Source: an uncultured delta proteobacterium
GTDB taxonomy: Bacteria; Myxococcota; Kuafuiibacteriia; Kuafuiibacteriales; Kuafuiibacteriaceae
Length of the DNA: 64,000 nucleotides
Reading direction: 5' to 3'
Assembly: GCA_963803435.1 (NCBI GenBank)
Contig: CAWDML010000007.1
Span: 224,001 to 288,000, forward strand
Shown one piece after another: positions 43,564 to 53,172 of this stretch. Within the stretch, counting starts at the first letter, position 1, and the number at the start of each line of letters is the position of its first letter. A model generated the notes under the pieces. That model was not told the DNA's origin. It worked only from the letters and a program-made list of their open reading frames with translations, and did no database searches. A program made the translations under genes and the position numbers.

Positions 43564-44814
43564 ATGGTCGCCGTCGCAAAATGTCTGGAACACCCATTCC
43601 TCGACTTGGGCGGCCTGCTGGCGCCCCCGGAATACTTTCCGCCGGCCGACTGCCGGGCGCTCCGCGAGGTCGGGCGCGGCGGAATGGCCGTCGTGTACGA
43701 GGCCTGCGATCAGAGCCACGAACGGCTCGCGCTCAAGGTGAGCCTCCCGACGCTCCCCCACAGCGAGCTGGTTCGCTTCCGCCAGGAGGCGACCATCGGG
43801 CACCGTCTCCAGCACCCGGGCGTCCCGCGCATTCACGGCCACGGCCACTTCGACGGCGGTGTCTGGATCACGATGGAGTTCGTCGACGGTACCTCGCTCG
43901 AGGACCGGCTGGACGATCCGTCCTTCTCGGCGGCCGAGCGCCTGAGCGTGCTCGACTCCGTCGCCGATACGCTTCAGCATGCGCACGAGCGCGGCGTGGT
44001 TCACCGGGACGTGAAGCCGTCGAACATCGTCCTCGGCCCCGACCATCCCAAGCTCCTCGACTTCGGGATCGCCAAGATCACTAACGTCGCCATGACGAAC
44101 TCGGAGCGCATGGTGGGCACGCCCACACACATGGCTCCGGAGCAGCTTTTTGGCGACGAGATCGATCACCGCGCCGACATCTTTCAGCTGGGCGTGCTCA
44201 CCTACGAGCTCTTCGCCACCGGGCGGCCCTGGGAGGGCGAGCACCCGGTCCGGCTCGCCTGGGCGGTTTGCTACGAGGAGCCTGCCTCGCTCTCCGATCA
44301 CGTTCAGCCGGACCTTCGCCTCCCGCGGGAGGTGCTCGATCCGCTGGAGCAGCTGGTCAGGTCGTCCCTCTCTCGGGAGCCGGACGATCGGCCTGCCACC
44401 GCGGCCGAGTTCCGCGGTCGGATCCAGGCGCTGCGCCGGGCGATCGGCAGCGACACCGACGTCCGGTTCGGGGCCCCGGTCTGGAACATCGCCGACTCGC
44501 TGATCCTGCTGGGACGCTCGAGCCTGTCGACGTTCCTCCCGCCCAGCCGCCAGCTCCTCCTCGCGCGCACCGCCGACGAGGCGCTGGGCCACCTGCTCGC
44601 CGAGCCGCGGCGGCGGCTCATCATCGACTGCGACGCCGTCGGACACGAGTCGGTGCTCGACATCCTCGACGTCATCGGGTCGTGGAGGCAGGACGAGGCC
44701 ATCACGCTCCTCTGCAACGACCCCGAGTGGCACGGCGTCTACGCGCTGCGGGGCGTCCGCGTGATCCCGCAGCACGCCGTCGGCGAGATCTACGACGACC
44801 TCCTGGCGGTCTGA
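43564..44814 (+). CDS. Hanks-type Ser/Thr kinase with a C-terminal receiver-like domain
   Basis: GRGGMAVVY, ALK, HRDVKPSN, DFG, GTPTHMAPE, ADIF; no TM. Confidence 0.92.
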   Translation: MVAVAKCLEHPFLDLGGLLAPPEYFPPADCRALREVGRGGMAVVYEACDQSHERLALKVSLPTLPHSELVRFRQEATIGHRLQHPGVPRIHGHGHFDGGVWITMEFVDGTSLEDRLDDPSFSAAERLSVLDSVADTLQHAHERGVVHRDVKPSNIVLGPDHPKLLDFGIAKITNVAMTNSERMVGTPTHMAPEQLFGDEIDHRADIFQLGVLTYELFATGRPWEGEHPVRLAWAVCYEEPASLSDHVQPDLRLPREVLDPLEQLVRSSLSREPDDRPATAAEFRGRIQALRRAIGSDTDVRFGAPVWNIADSLILLGRSSLSTFLPPSRQLLLARTADEALGHLLAEPRRRLIIDCDAVGHESVLDILDVIGSWRQDEAITLLCNDPEWHGVYALRGVRVIPQHAVGEIYDDLLAV

Positions 44815-44826
44815 GATCACGAGGTC

Positions 44827-46149
44827 TCAGCTCGGCGGGACGCCCACGTGGTCGAGCGCCGCCAGATACTCCTGCTCGGCACTCCGCTGGGCCTCGATCA
44901 CCGCACGGGCCAGCTCACCGAGCGCCAGCTCCTCTTCGGGCACCGCACACCGGGAGCGGATAGCGTCGACGACGTCGCGCTCCGTCATGCTGAACGGCGA
45001 ACGCGAGGGTACGTAGCCGGGATCCTCAGCGTCCCCGGACTCGACCTCGAGGATCAGCCCGGCCGACATCATGTCATCGATCGTCCGCCGCACCGACGAG
45101 GAAGGCCAGCCGGCGCTCTCGAGCTCGGAGACCCGCGTCGCGCCGTCGCCGGCGTTGAACCGCAGTGCGAGCTGCGCCGCCAGCAGCATGGCGAGGCGCT
45201 CCCGATCGCGCACCGACAGCTCGGTCTGCTGGATGCCGGGTCGCTCCGAGCTCCGGGCCGTCTGGATCGCAAAGACCAGGTTCGCGCCGAACAGGATCAC
45301 GATCCAGCTGAGGTAGACGCTGAGAATGAACAGCGGGATCGCACCCAGCGAGCCGTAGATTTGGGAGTAGGAGATCGCGTGCGTCGCGTAGAGCGTGAAG
45401 AGCCGCTGCGCCAGCACCCAGAGGGCGCCGGCGAGCGCGCCTCCGATGAGCGCGGGACCGGTCCTGACCTTGGCGTTGGGGACGATGCGGTAGAGGAGAC
45501 CAAAGAAGAGCCCGGCAGCGATGAACGGCGTCAGCAGCGTGAGCGCGTGGAGGAACGGCACCTGACGCAGCAGAGTGCGGAAGGCGCTGCTGGTGGTCAC
45601 CGCGGTGGTGGCGGACAGCGAGATGCCGAGCATGAGGGGGCCGACCGTGATCAACGGCCAGTAGACCTGGAACCGAGCGAGCAGCGTGCGCCCTCGCTTC
45701 ACGCCCCAGATCTGGTTGAAAGTGGTCTCGATGTTGGAGAGGAGGGAGAGCGCCGAGAAGAACAGCAGGAGCAAGCCGATCCCGCCGATCGCCCCCGTGT
45801 TGGTGTTGGTGATGAAGCGATCGAGGTGTGCCCCGATGGCCCCGCTGTCGCCGACCGAGAGGCTCTGGAGCACGAAGTCCCTGATCCGACGTGCGACCTG
45901 CTCGAGGGAGGTGAACGCAGTGAGCAGCGAGAAAATGACCGCGAGCGCAGGCACCAGCGAGATGAGCGTGACCACGGTCAGGGAGCCAGCGCGGACCTGC
46001 ACGTCGTCGCGGCGCAGCGAGTCGAACACCAGATAGATCCCGCGACCCGCGATCAGCCGGCGGCGCCCCCATCGATCGCTCTCTTCAAAGGCCGACCTGG
46101 ACCACAGGTGATCGCGGAGGTGCACCAGCCACTCGGGATCCTTCATCAT
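44827..46149 (-). CDS. YihY/BrkB family inner membrane protein with C-terminal HTH-like extension
   Basis: TLISLVPAL, IETTFNQIW, LYRIVPN, IYGSLGAIPLF, YLSWIVILFGA. Confidence 0.9.
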   Translation of the reverse strand: MMKDPEWLVHLRDHLWSRSAFEESDRWGRRRLIAGRGIYLVFDSLRRDDVQVRAGSLTVVTLISLVPALAVIFSLLTAFTSLEQVARRIRDFVLQSLSVGDSGAIGAHLDRFITNTNTGAIGGIGLLLLFFSALSLLSNIETTFNQIWGVKRGRTLLARFQVYWPLITVGPLMLGISLSATTAVTTSSAFRTLLRQVPFLHALTLLTPFIAAGLFFGLLYRIVPNAKVRTGPALIGGALAGALWVLAQRLFTLYATHAISYSQIYGSLGAIPLFILSVYLSWIVILFGANLVFAIQTARSSERPGIQQTELSVRDRERLAMLLAAQLALRFNAGDGATRVSELESAGWPSSSVRRTIDDMMSAGLILEVESGDAEDPGYVPSRSPFSMTERDVVDAIRSRCAVPEEELALGELARAVIEAQRSAEQEYLAALDHVGVPPS

Positions 46150-46355
46150 CGATTCCGGAGGCGATCCTTCACCGGCACGGGCTCGTCGTCGGGTCGATCG
46201 GGCGGCGCCTGGGGCGGCCGGGGAGGCTCGTGCTCGGGACGGTGGGGCTCGAGCGGGGGCTCGGACGGAGGTTGGATCTCCGGCTTGTCCGGGCCGGTGG
46301 GTTCTTCGACGTCGGGCTGGGGCGGCAACCAGACCGCCTGGATGCGGTGGCTCAT
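46146..46355 (-). CDS. Small Pro/Glu-rich protein (69 aa)
   Basis: PPQPDVEEPTGPDKPEIQPPSEPP...; stop overlaps the yihY ATG; own promoter motif. Confidence 0.6.
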   Translation of the reverse strand: MSHRIQAVWLPPQPDVEEPTGPDKPEIQPPSEPPLEPHRPEHEPPRPPQAPPDRPDDEPVPVKDRLRNR

Positions 46356-46367
46356 CGTCATACGTAG

Positions 46368-46383
46368 AGCAATCGCCGTACCA
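46368..46383 (-). promoter_or_regulatory. Putative sigma54 promoter
   Basis: TGGTACGGCGATTGCT directly after the tamB stop; 14 nt to ATG 46355. Confidence 0.8.
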
Positions 46384-49300
46384 TCAGAAGCGCGTCGTCC
46401 ACAGGATGTCAGCGCCGCCGTTGCCGCGATCTCCGTACGACGCCTCCAGCATCCAGCCGTAGCCGAAGAGAACCCGGACGATGCCCTCGTTCGTGTTCTG
46501 ATCGACGTCCGCCCCGATGCGATAGTTGTAGGCGACGAAGATGCGCTGCGTGATCCATTTGCCGACGAGCACGCCGCTGGCGCGCGCCCCATCTCCGACG
46601 CCGACGGAGAGCGTGTCGATCGGGAGTCGACTCTTGATCTGATTCTGGATCTGCCCCACCAGGAATCCCGCTGCGGCCCCGGCGGCCTGCTCGCCGAGAG
46701 CGGCGTCGGATTGCGATGCATCGGGGCTGCCGCCCAGCACGAAGCCGAGCAGCTGCTCGCGTGTATAGCCCCCGGGATCCGAGGTCAGCTCGAGCTTCGG
46801 TGACGAAGGCGTGCCGTCGACGTTCACGTAGACCACCACGGTCTCGAAGTCGTGATAGATTCGCACGTTCAGCTCGGGCTCCTTCGCGCTACCTCCTGGG
46901 AAGGTGATGTCGGCGCGCTCGATGTACCAGCTCCGCCCGCCGAAGAGCTGGATCGTGCCCTCACCCACCGAGACGCCGCCCTTGGCGATCAGGCCCTCGG
47001 GGCTCGTCTCGATCGTGAGGTCGATCTTCGCGCTGGCATCGAGCTCGTCGCTGTGGAGCGGGATCGCGCCCTTCGTCTTGACGTGGAACCTCATCTGCAC
47101 CGGCGGCGGCCCGGAGCTCGCCTGCTCCCGAGCTTCGACCGGGCCGGGGCCGACCTCCTGCCCGAGGTGCTGGACGATCGCCACGTTGTCGAAGCGCTCG
47201 ATCGGCGCCACGTCCTTCGCACCGCTCTCGATCTTCGCCGAGCCCTTCGTGATCACGGCTTCGCCCGTGATCAAGCCGTCCTTGGTCTCGACGCGATAGT
47301 CGACCTGGAGATCGGTCTTCACCAGCCGCGGACCGGCGGCCAGGGTGAGATCGTCCAGCTTCAAGCTCCCGGTCAGGTTCGGCTGCGTCAAGGCAGGGAG
47401 GTGTCCGTGACCGGTGAGCTGGAAGCTGCCGTCTCCCGACCGACCCTCCACCCCGTAGATGGCGTCGTCGCCGGCGAAGCGGAGATCGATGGTCGTGTGC
47501 TCGATCGGCGGTACCGGGTACTGGAGGATCGCGCGGAGCTCCTTCACCTCGACCCTTCCCTCGAAGTGCGGATCCTCTCGCGTGCCCGACAGCGACAGAT
47601 CGGCTTCGAGGTTGCCGGCGACGCCGCCCAGCGTGCCCCTCGTCTTGGAGGCCAGGAGCGAGAGAAAGTCCAGATCGAAGCGTGCCGCGTGCAGGCGGCC
47701 GACCACGGCGCGATCGCGTCCCAGGCCGAGCGAGGTCTCGAGGTGGAGCTCACCTCCGGCCTTTTCGTCCATCCGAACGTTGGCGGCGAGCGCCGCGCGC
47801 GTGAGCTCGACGTGAGCCTGGATCGCGGTGAACACGGTCGAGTGGACGGAGGCGTCGTTCGAGGAGAGATCCGCGGTGAAGAGCGGATCGTCGAGCGACC
47901 CACTCAGCTTCCCGTCGATCGCGAGCGCGCCGCTGATCTGCTCGTTCGCATCGAAGAGCTGCTGGAACAACTCCAGGGGGAACGCGTCGGCGTGGAGCTC
48001 TCCCGTCACGGGGAGGCGCGTCAATTGGGATGGTGACATCTCGATCAGTCGTCGCAGTACGCGCGGAACCGCCGCCTTGAACTCGAGCACGCTCCGCGTC
48101 GCCTCCGCCACGCGCCCACGGACCGCGGTACGTCCCCCGGACGAGGTGATGGTGGCGGTCATCGCCAGCGGCTCCGCGAGCGGAGGCGCGACCAGGTCCG
48201 CGACGTCGACCATGCCTTTGCCTTCGACCAGGTCGAGGCGCGCGTTCAGCCGGCCGGAGGTGATCGCCCGCGTCCACGCCGCCAGCTCGACGCCCGAGAC
48301 CTCCACCTTCGCGCTCTGAACGGCCTTCGGGGTCAGCGTACGCCACGCGTCGATCGCGTAGGGATCTGCCGGTGTCCGCACGGTCGCCGCCAAGGTGGCC
48401 CGACCGGCCGGACCGGCATCCACGGATCCGCGGGCGCTCAACCGGCGGCCGGAGAGCTGCGCCTTCATCTTCACCTTCATCTCGGGGAGCTTGGGGGGCG
48501 CACCTGATGCATCGAGATCGAGATCGATCCGACCGGCGTGTTTGGCGAGCGTCGCGCGTCCCGACACCGACGACGGGCGCGACGTCGTCGACGTGCCGGC
48601 GATCGGGAAGCGATCGAAGCGGGCCTGGACCGTCCCCTGGAGCTCCGAGAGCGCGGAGACTCCCCGCTGCAAGATCCTTCGCGGCGGCATGGTCGAGACG
48701 TTGAAGGCGGCGAACAGCGCCCGGCGGCCCCGGTAGCGGCCCACGATCTGTCCGATCAGATCGCCTTGCTCGGGGATCTGGACGTGCAGCGCGATGCTCT
48801 GATCAGGACCGAGCGAGGCCAGGCGCGCGTCCTCGAGATCGATCCTGCCCACGAGCCGGCGTCCACCGTCGAGCATCGAGAGGTCTCCGGTCAGCCGGCC
48901 GCGCTCCACTGTCTCGACCCCGGCCACGCCGAGCACCGCAGGGACGTCGAGTTGCTGAAGCGTGATCCGGGCCCGCTCGATCGCCCCGAGACCGAATCCT
49001 CGATACGCCGCCGGGTCGAGGGTGCGCACCGGCAACCGGGCGCGGGCGTCGAGGGTGGCCCGACCGATCTTGGATCCGGCCAGGCTCGCGGTCACGCGGG
49101 CGCTGCGGCCGTCGAGCTTCGCGTTCACGGAGACCCGGCCCGGCACCCGGGTATGACCGGCGCCGAGCACTGTGCGGATGTACGTGGGATCGAGGTTCGA
49201 GATCTCGACCTTTGCGGAGCGAAGACGCTTCCGGCCCAGGTCGGCGTTCGCGTTCAGCTCGATCCTTCCGGCGGAGCCGGCGAGCACCAGATCCCGGACC

Positions 49301-50874
49301 TGCACCTGCCACCCGGCGGGCTGCGACTGCGCCTCGACGACCGGCGAACCCTCCGCCCGCCAGCTTCGCCCGAAGAGCGTGGCCGCCAGGCGACCAATTG
49401 TGAGGCGCGCGCGCTCGCCGCCGTGCGAGGCCGAGCGGATCCGGAGTGCCAGGTGCGGCACCGAAACGTCGCCGACGGCGAGATCGGTCGCCTCGATGCC
49501 GGCCGTCCCCATCAACGACGGCAGCTCACCCGACGCCTTCGCGTCGACCGACAGCGAGCCGGAGACCCTGGCGCTCGGCGGCATCACCGCTCGGAGATCG
49601 CGCACCACGAGGTGGACCTCCGAGGGCGCCAGCGCGAAGCGCCCCTTCACCAGCGCACCCGCCAGGCCGAAGCGCGCGCGCGCGACGGTCGACTCCAGGC
49701 GGCCGCCCGCGGCGAATCGGTGATCCTTCGCCGAGGCCGTGAGCTCGAACGCGCGCACGTCGAGCGCGGGGACGTCCTCGGAGTAGCGAAGCCGGCCCGA
49801 GAGGCGGGCGTGCGCGCGGCCGGTGAGCTCGGCGAGCGTCGTGCCCTCGACATCGACGGAGATCGCACCCTCGAGCGCACCGGCGGGGGCCTGGTCGTAG
49901 AGCGCGCTCGGATCGACCGGGCCCTTCACGGCGAGGCCCAGCTTCAAGCGATCGAGGTTCGCGCCCGCGGTGGCGGTCAGCGAGAGCGGCGTGTTGCGTT
50001 CGCCGAGCCAGCCCCGGGCGTCGAGGTACCACGGCGCCCCACCGGTGTGCTCGACACCTCCGAGCAGCCCGATCGTTCCGCTCAGGCCGCTCGCGCCGGT
50101 CAGCGCGGAGAGGCTCCTCGAGTCCGCCGTCAACTCGAAGCGCGCGCGCACGTCGCCTGCGCGCACCATGAGCTCGTCGATCCGGCCGGAGCTGCCCAGT
50201 CGGTCCCGGAAATGGAACGCCGACAGGGCGAGCTGGTCCGGTCGGATCGACGTGCTTCCGCTCAACTCGAGACGGCTCGGGTACGCCGACGGCTCGAAGC
50301 CGAGGTCCGCCACTCGTGCGTCGATCCGATCCTCGCGAATCGAGGCGCGCGCCCACAGATCGATCGCTCGGATCTCCTGCGCGGCCGCATCCGGCGCAGC
50401 GTACGAGACGTAGCCGTCGAGGATCCGAGCCGACGCCACCTCGATCGGCAACGGCGTGTAGCCGCCGCCTGCGGAGGCCGTCGAGGTGCCGCTGCCGAAG
50501 ATCTCGGCGATGTTGAGCCGCCCGTGCGCGTCGGCCCTCAGGTACAGGCGCGGGCGGACCACCTGGACCCGGTCGAGGCGAAGCACGTGATCGATGATCA
50601 ACGAGGCGATGTCTGGATCCACGCGGACCGCGTCGATCTCGAGCACCGGTCGACCCGAGGCATCGCGGAGAACCACGTTCCTCAGCGTGGCGCGGTGAAG
50701 GAGTATGCCTTCGAGGGCGCCGAGCTCGATCCTGCCGTGCAGCGTTTCGTTGAGCCTGGACTCGAGGAGCTCGAGGGCCTGCGCGCGAAAGAAGGAGGTA
50801 TGGACCAGCAGCGCGGCGCCGACGAGCACGATCGCGACCGAGACGATCGCGATGCGGAAGATCTTGCCGATCAA
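46384..50874 (-). CDS. tamB: TamB (DUF490) translocation/assembly module protein
   Basis: About 1500 aa, N-terminal anchor, beta-rich body, C-terminal DUF490-like (LTSDP, VGKWIT, GADILWTTRF); TTG start overlaps the tamA stop. Confidence 0.85.
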   Translation of the reverse strand: MIGKIFRIAIVSVAIVLVGAALLVHTSFFRAQALELLESRLNETLHGRIELGALEGILLHRATLRNVVLRDASGRPVLEIDAVRVDPDIASLIIDHVLRLDRVQVVRPRLYLRADAHGRLNIAEIFGSGTSTASAGGGYTPLPIEVASARILDGYVSYAAPDAAAQEIRAIDLWARASIREDRIDARVADLGFEPSAYPSRLELSGSTSIRPDQLALSAFHFRDRLGSSGRIDELMVRAGDVRARFELTADSRSLSALTGASGLSGTIGLLGGVEHTGGAPWYLDARGWLGERNTPLSLTATAGANLDRLKLGLAVKGPVDPSALYDQAPAGALEGAISVDVEGTTLAELTGRAHARLSGRLRYSEDVPALDVRAFELTASAKDHRFAAGGRLESTVARARFGLAGALVKGRFALAPSEVHLVVRDLRAVMPPSARVSGSLSVDAKASGELPSLMGTAGIEATDLAVGDVSVPHLALRIRSASHGGERARLTIGRLAATLFGRSWRAEGSPVVEAQSQPAGWQVQVRDLVLAGSAGRIELNANADLGRKRLRSAKVEISNLDPTYIRTVLGAGHTRVPGRVSVNAKLDGRSARVTASLAGSKIGRATLDARARLPVRTLDPAAYRGFGLGAIERARITLQQLDVPAVLGVAGVETVERGRLTGDLSMLDGGRRLVGRIDLEDARLASLGPDQSIALHVQIPEQGDLIGQIVGRYRGRRALFAAFNVSTMPPRRILQRGVSALSELQGTVQARFDRFPIAGTSTTSRPSSVSGRATLAKHAGRIDLDLDASGAPPKLPEMKVKMKAQLSGRRLSARGSVDAGPAGRATLAATVRTPADPYAIDAWRTLTPKAVQSAKVEVSGVELAAWTRAITSGRLNARLDLVEGKGMVDVADLVAPPLAEPLAMTATITSSGGRTAVRGRVAEATRSVLEFKAAVPRVLRRLIEMSPSQLTRLPVTGELHADAFPLELFQQLFDANEQISGALAIDGKLSGSLDDPLFTADLSSNDASVHSTVFTAIQAHVELTRAALAANVRMDEKAGGELHLETSLGLGRDRAVVGRLHAARFDLDFLSLLASKTRGTLGGVAGNLEADLSLSGTREDPHFEGRVEVKELRAILQYPVPPIEHTTIDLRFAGDDAIYGVEGRSGDGSFQLTGHGHLPALTQPNLTGSLKLDDLTLAAGPRLVKTDLQVDYRVETKDGLITGEAVITKGSAKIESGAKDVAPIERFDNVAIVQHLGQEVGPGPVEAREQASSGPPPVQMRFHVKTKGAIPLHSDELDASAKIDLTIETSPEGLIAKGGVSVGEGTIQLFGGRSWYIERADITFPGGSAKEPELNVRIYHDFETVVVYVNVDGTPSSPKLELTSDPGGYTREQLLGFVLGGSPDASQSDAALGEQAAGAAAGFLVGQIQNQIKSRLPIDTLSVGVGDGARASGVLVGKWITQRIFVAYNYRIGADVDQNTNEGIVRVLFGYGWMLEASYGDRGNGGADILWTTRF

Positions 50875-52754
50875 AAAGCCTCCCCCAGGCTGAAGTGGAT
50901 CGCGAAGGGAGAGTTGGGATCGGGATCGTTCGGGCCCATGCGGTTGACCCGGAAGCCGGCGTCGAGCCGGACCACACCGACCGGGGTGGTGACCCGAACG
51001 CCCGGACCGACGGCGTAATGGAGGTTCGTGATGTCGAGGTCCGAGAGGTGCGCGACCACGTCCCCAGCATCGACGAAGGCGACCGCCCCGAACGTCTGTC
51101 CCCACGCCTTGAACAGGTCGACCCGCACCTCGAGGCTGCCCTCCAGCTCGGCCGTACCGCCGATCGGGAGCTCACCCCCCTCGGTGGACGGGACCATCGG
51201 CGACAGCCGGCGCCGCCCGAAGCCACGGTGACTGTCCGCGCCTCCGCCGAAGAACCGCTGCGGGATCGGGAGCGGCTCCCCGCTGAACAGCTCGGTGCCG
51301 AACATCGCCCGCGCCGCCACCACCACCCGCGGCCCGATCGGGACGTAGCCCCGCACCTCGGGGATGACCGTGAAATAGGACCCCGAGCTCCTCGAGAGCA
51401 CGTATCCGGCCTCAAAGCGCGTGCTCGCCCAGATCCCGGAGCGCGGCGTGATCGCGTCGTCCCGCCCGTCGTACGTGACGATCGGCGCGACGAAGCCGTA
51501 CGTGAGCGGATCGATCAAGCCGAACTCCGCGAGCTGGTCCTCGTTCAGATCGAAGAGGATGTTCGTGAACATTCGGTACTCGAAGTTGAAGTTGATGGCG
51601 GCGATCAGGCGGTCGTCGGCGAACCGCCGGGCCAGCGCAACCTTCCCGGTCGGACCGTTCATCGAGTAGCCGTCGAGCTGGACCATCCGATACTCCGCGC
51701 CGACCGTGCCCAGCAGGCGGGGGAAGATGAAGTCCTCCCGATCGAGCGACGCCCTGGCCTCCCAATTGAAGCCGGAGTTGCCGCCGCCCTTCTGGAGGAT
51801 CGCATACGACGGTCGCGCCTCGAGCCTGAGCGTCAGCAGGGGGTCGATGAAGCTCTTCTGCGAGTAGGCGATGCGGGCGCGGATCTCGTAGAACTCCGGC
51901 TCCAGCCCGAGCCCGGCGCCCAGCCGCAGCTCGTGACGCTTTCCCTGCTGGACCCGCGCGACGATGTCGACGACGTCCGTCGGATCCTTGCTCGCAGGAT
52001 CGAAGTGGATGTCCGAGATCAGCCCGCTCTCCAGGACCCGGGCCCGCGTCTTGTCGATGTCCGCCGGATCGAAGCGATCGCCCCGCTCCCACGCGACGCG
52101 GTTCATCACGAACGAGGGAGGAATCCCGCCCGTGCCCTCGACGCGCACCTCGCCGAAGCGACCCAGGGGCCCGGCCTCCACGTAGTAGTGCGCAACGGCG
52201 CGCCCGGTGCTCTCCTCGACCTCGAGCTTCGGTTCGACCTTGGCGTACGCGTACCCGGTGTTGGCGAGCTTCGTCTCGATCCGCGTGGAGCCGGTCATGA
52301 AGGCCTCGTACTCGATGGGCTTGCCCGTGGTCAGCCCCGTGATCCGAGCCAGCGCCTCCCGGTCCACCGACGGCTCCCGCGGCGCGCCGTCGACGTCGAC
52401 CTCCTCGAGCGTCGCGCGAGGGCCGGCCACCACCTTGAGGCGGATCTTTACGCCCTCCGAGGACTCGTCCACCTGCGCTTCCTCGACGGTCGCAGTGTAG
52501 TAGCCCCGCGAACGGAAGAAGGTCTCGACGCGCTGTCGATCGAGCGCCAGCGCGAGCGGCTCGTACTCGGCCTTGCTCTTGAAGACGAGGCCTGTCGGGG
52601 GATGGTTGGCGAGGTGATCGCGGACGTCGCCCGTATCGATGGACGCCTCCGAGTCGATCGTCACCTCGCGAACGATTCGTCCTTTCGCTCCAGCACAGCC
52701 GGTCGTGGCGATCGCGAACACGTAGAGATGGATGAGCCCCGGCCCGCGCGCCAC
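50871..52754 (-). CDS. tamA: TamA/BamA (Omp85) outer membrane protein with POTRA domains
   Basis: FFRSRGYY, RFFGGGADSHRGF, FVDAGDV, TPVGVVRLD, C-terminal SLGEAF; GTG 52754 chosen from promoter spacing. Confidence 0.9.
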   Translation of the reverse strand: MARGPGLIHLYVFAIATTGCAGAKGRIVREVTIDSEASIDTGDVRDHLANHPPTGLVFKSKAEYEPLALALDRQRVETFFRSRGYYTATVEEAQVDESSEGVKIRLKVVAGPRATLEEVDVDGAPREPSVDREALARITGLTTGKPIEYEAFMTGSTRIETKLANTGYAYAKVEPKLEVEESTGRAVAHYYVEAGPLGRFGEVRVEGTGGIPPSFVMNRVAWERGDRFDPADIDKTRARVLESGLISDIHFDPASKDPTDVVDIVARVQQGKRHELRLGAGLGLEPEFYEIRARIAYSQKSFIDPLLTLRLEARPSYAILQKGGGNSGFNWEARASLDREDFIFPRLLGTVGAEYRMVQLDGYSMNGPTGKVALARRFADDRLIAAINFNFEYRMFTNILFDLNEDQLAEFGLIDPLTYGFVAPIVTYDGRDDAITPRSGIWASTRFEAGYVLSRSSGSYFTVIPEVRGYVPIGPRVVVAARAMFGTELFSGEPLPIPQRFFGGGADSHRGFGRRRLSPMVPSTEGGELPIGGTAELEGSLEVRVDLFKAWGQTFGAVAFVDAGDVVAHLSDLDITNLHYAVGPGVRVTTPVGVVRLDAGFRVNRMGPNDPDPNSPFAIHFSLGEAF

Positions 52755-52766
52755 GGTACGCGAGTC

Positions 52767-52782
52767 TGCATCGCGCATGCCG
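52767..52782 (-). promoter_or_regulatory. Putative sigma54 promoter (tamAB)
   Basis: CGGCATGCGCGATGCA; 14 nt to GTG 52754. Confidence 0.7.
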
Positions 52783-52804
52783 CGTTTGACTGGTGGGTCG
52801 CTCG

Positions 52805-52820
52805 GGGTACGGCGCTTGCA
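52805..52820 (+). promoter_or_regulatory. Putative sigma54 promoter
   Basis: GGGTACGGCGCTTGCA; 31 nt to ATG 52850, with SD AAGGAGG. Confidence 0.75.
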
Positions 52821-52849
52821 AGTTTTCTCGGGTCACCAAGGAGGTCTTC

Positions 52850-53044
52850 ATGTTGACGAGCACCAGAAATGTAAAGGATCGGGTCTCGAACGGCGCAGGA
52901 GCACTCGTCTCCACCGCCAAAACCCAGAGCCGCAAGGTCCGAGAGTTTGCCATCGCCCACAAGGCGATCACTGTGGCCGGGCTTGTGGCGATCGGTGCGC
53001 TCGGTCTCGGTTTTTATGCGCTGATGCGTATCCGCAATCGGTGA
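52850..53044 (+). CDS. Small tail-anchored membrane protein (ElaB/YqjD-like architecture, 64 aa)
   Basis: Strong RBS; basic amphipathic N-terminus, Gly/Ala TM, Arg tail. Confidence 0.7.
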   Translation: MLTSTRNVKDRVSNGAGALVSTAKTQSRKVREFAIAHKAITVAGLVAIGALGLGFYALMRIRNR

Positions 53045-53144
53045 GCCGAGCGGGCGCGCTCGGTGCGCCCTTCGCCGTGGCGGATCACCTCGGCACGACG
53101 TCCGGCGGCGCCGCATGAACGGCGTCGCAGGACGATCGTCGTCT

Positions 53145-53160
53145 TGGCGCGACAGCTGCA
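53145..53160 (+). promoter_or_regulatory. Putative sigma54 promoter (AI-2E)
   Basis: TGGCGCGACAGCTGCA; 14 nt to GTG 53173. Confidence 0.72.
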
Positions 53161-53172
53161 AGCGTCTCCTCA

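Noticed and set aside
53046-53063. Hairpin CCGAGCG-GGCG-CGCTCGG as an intrinsic terminator
   Set aside because: 7-bp GC stem without a U-tract; common by chance at this GC content.
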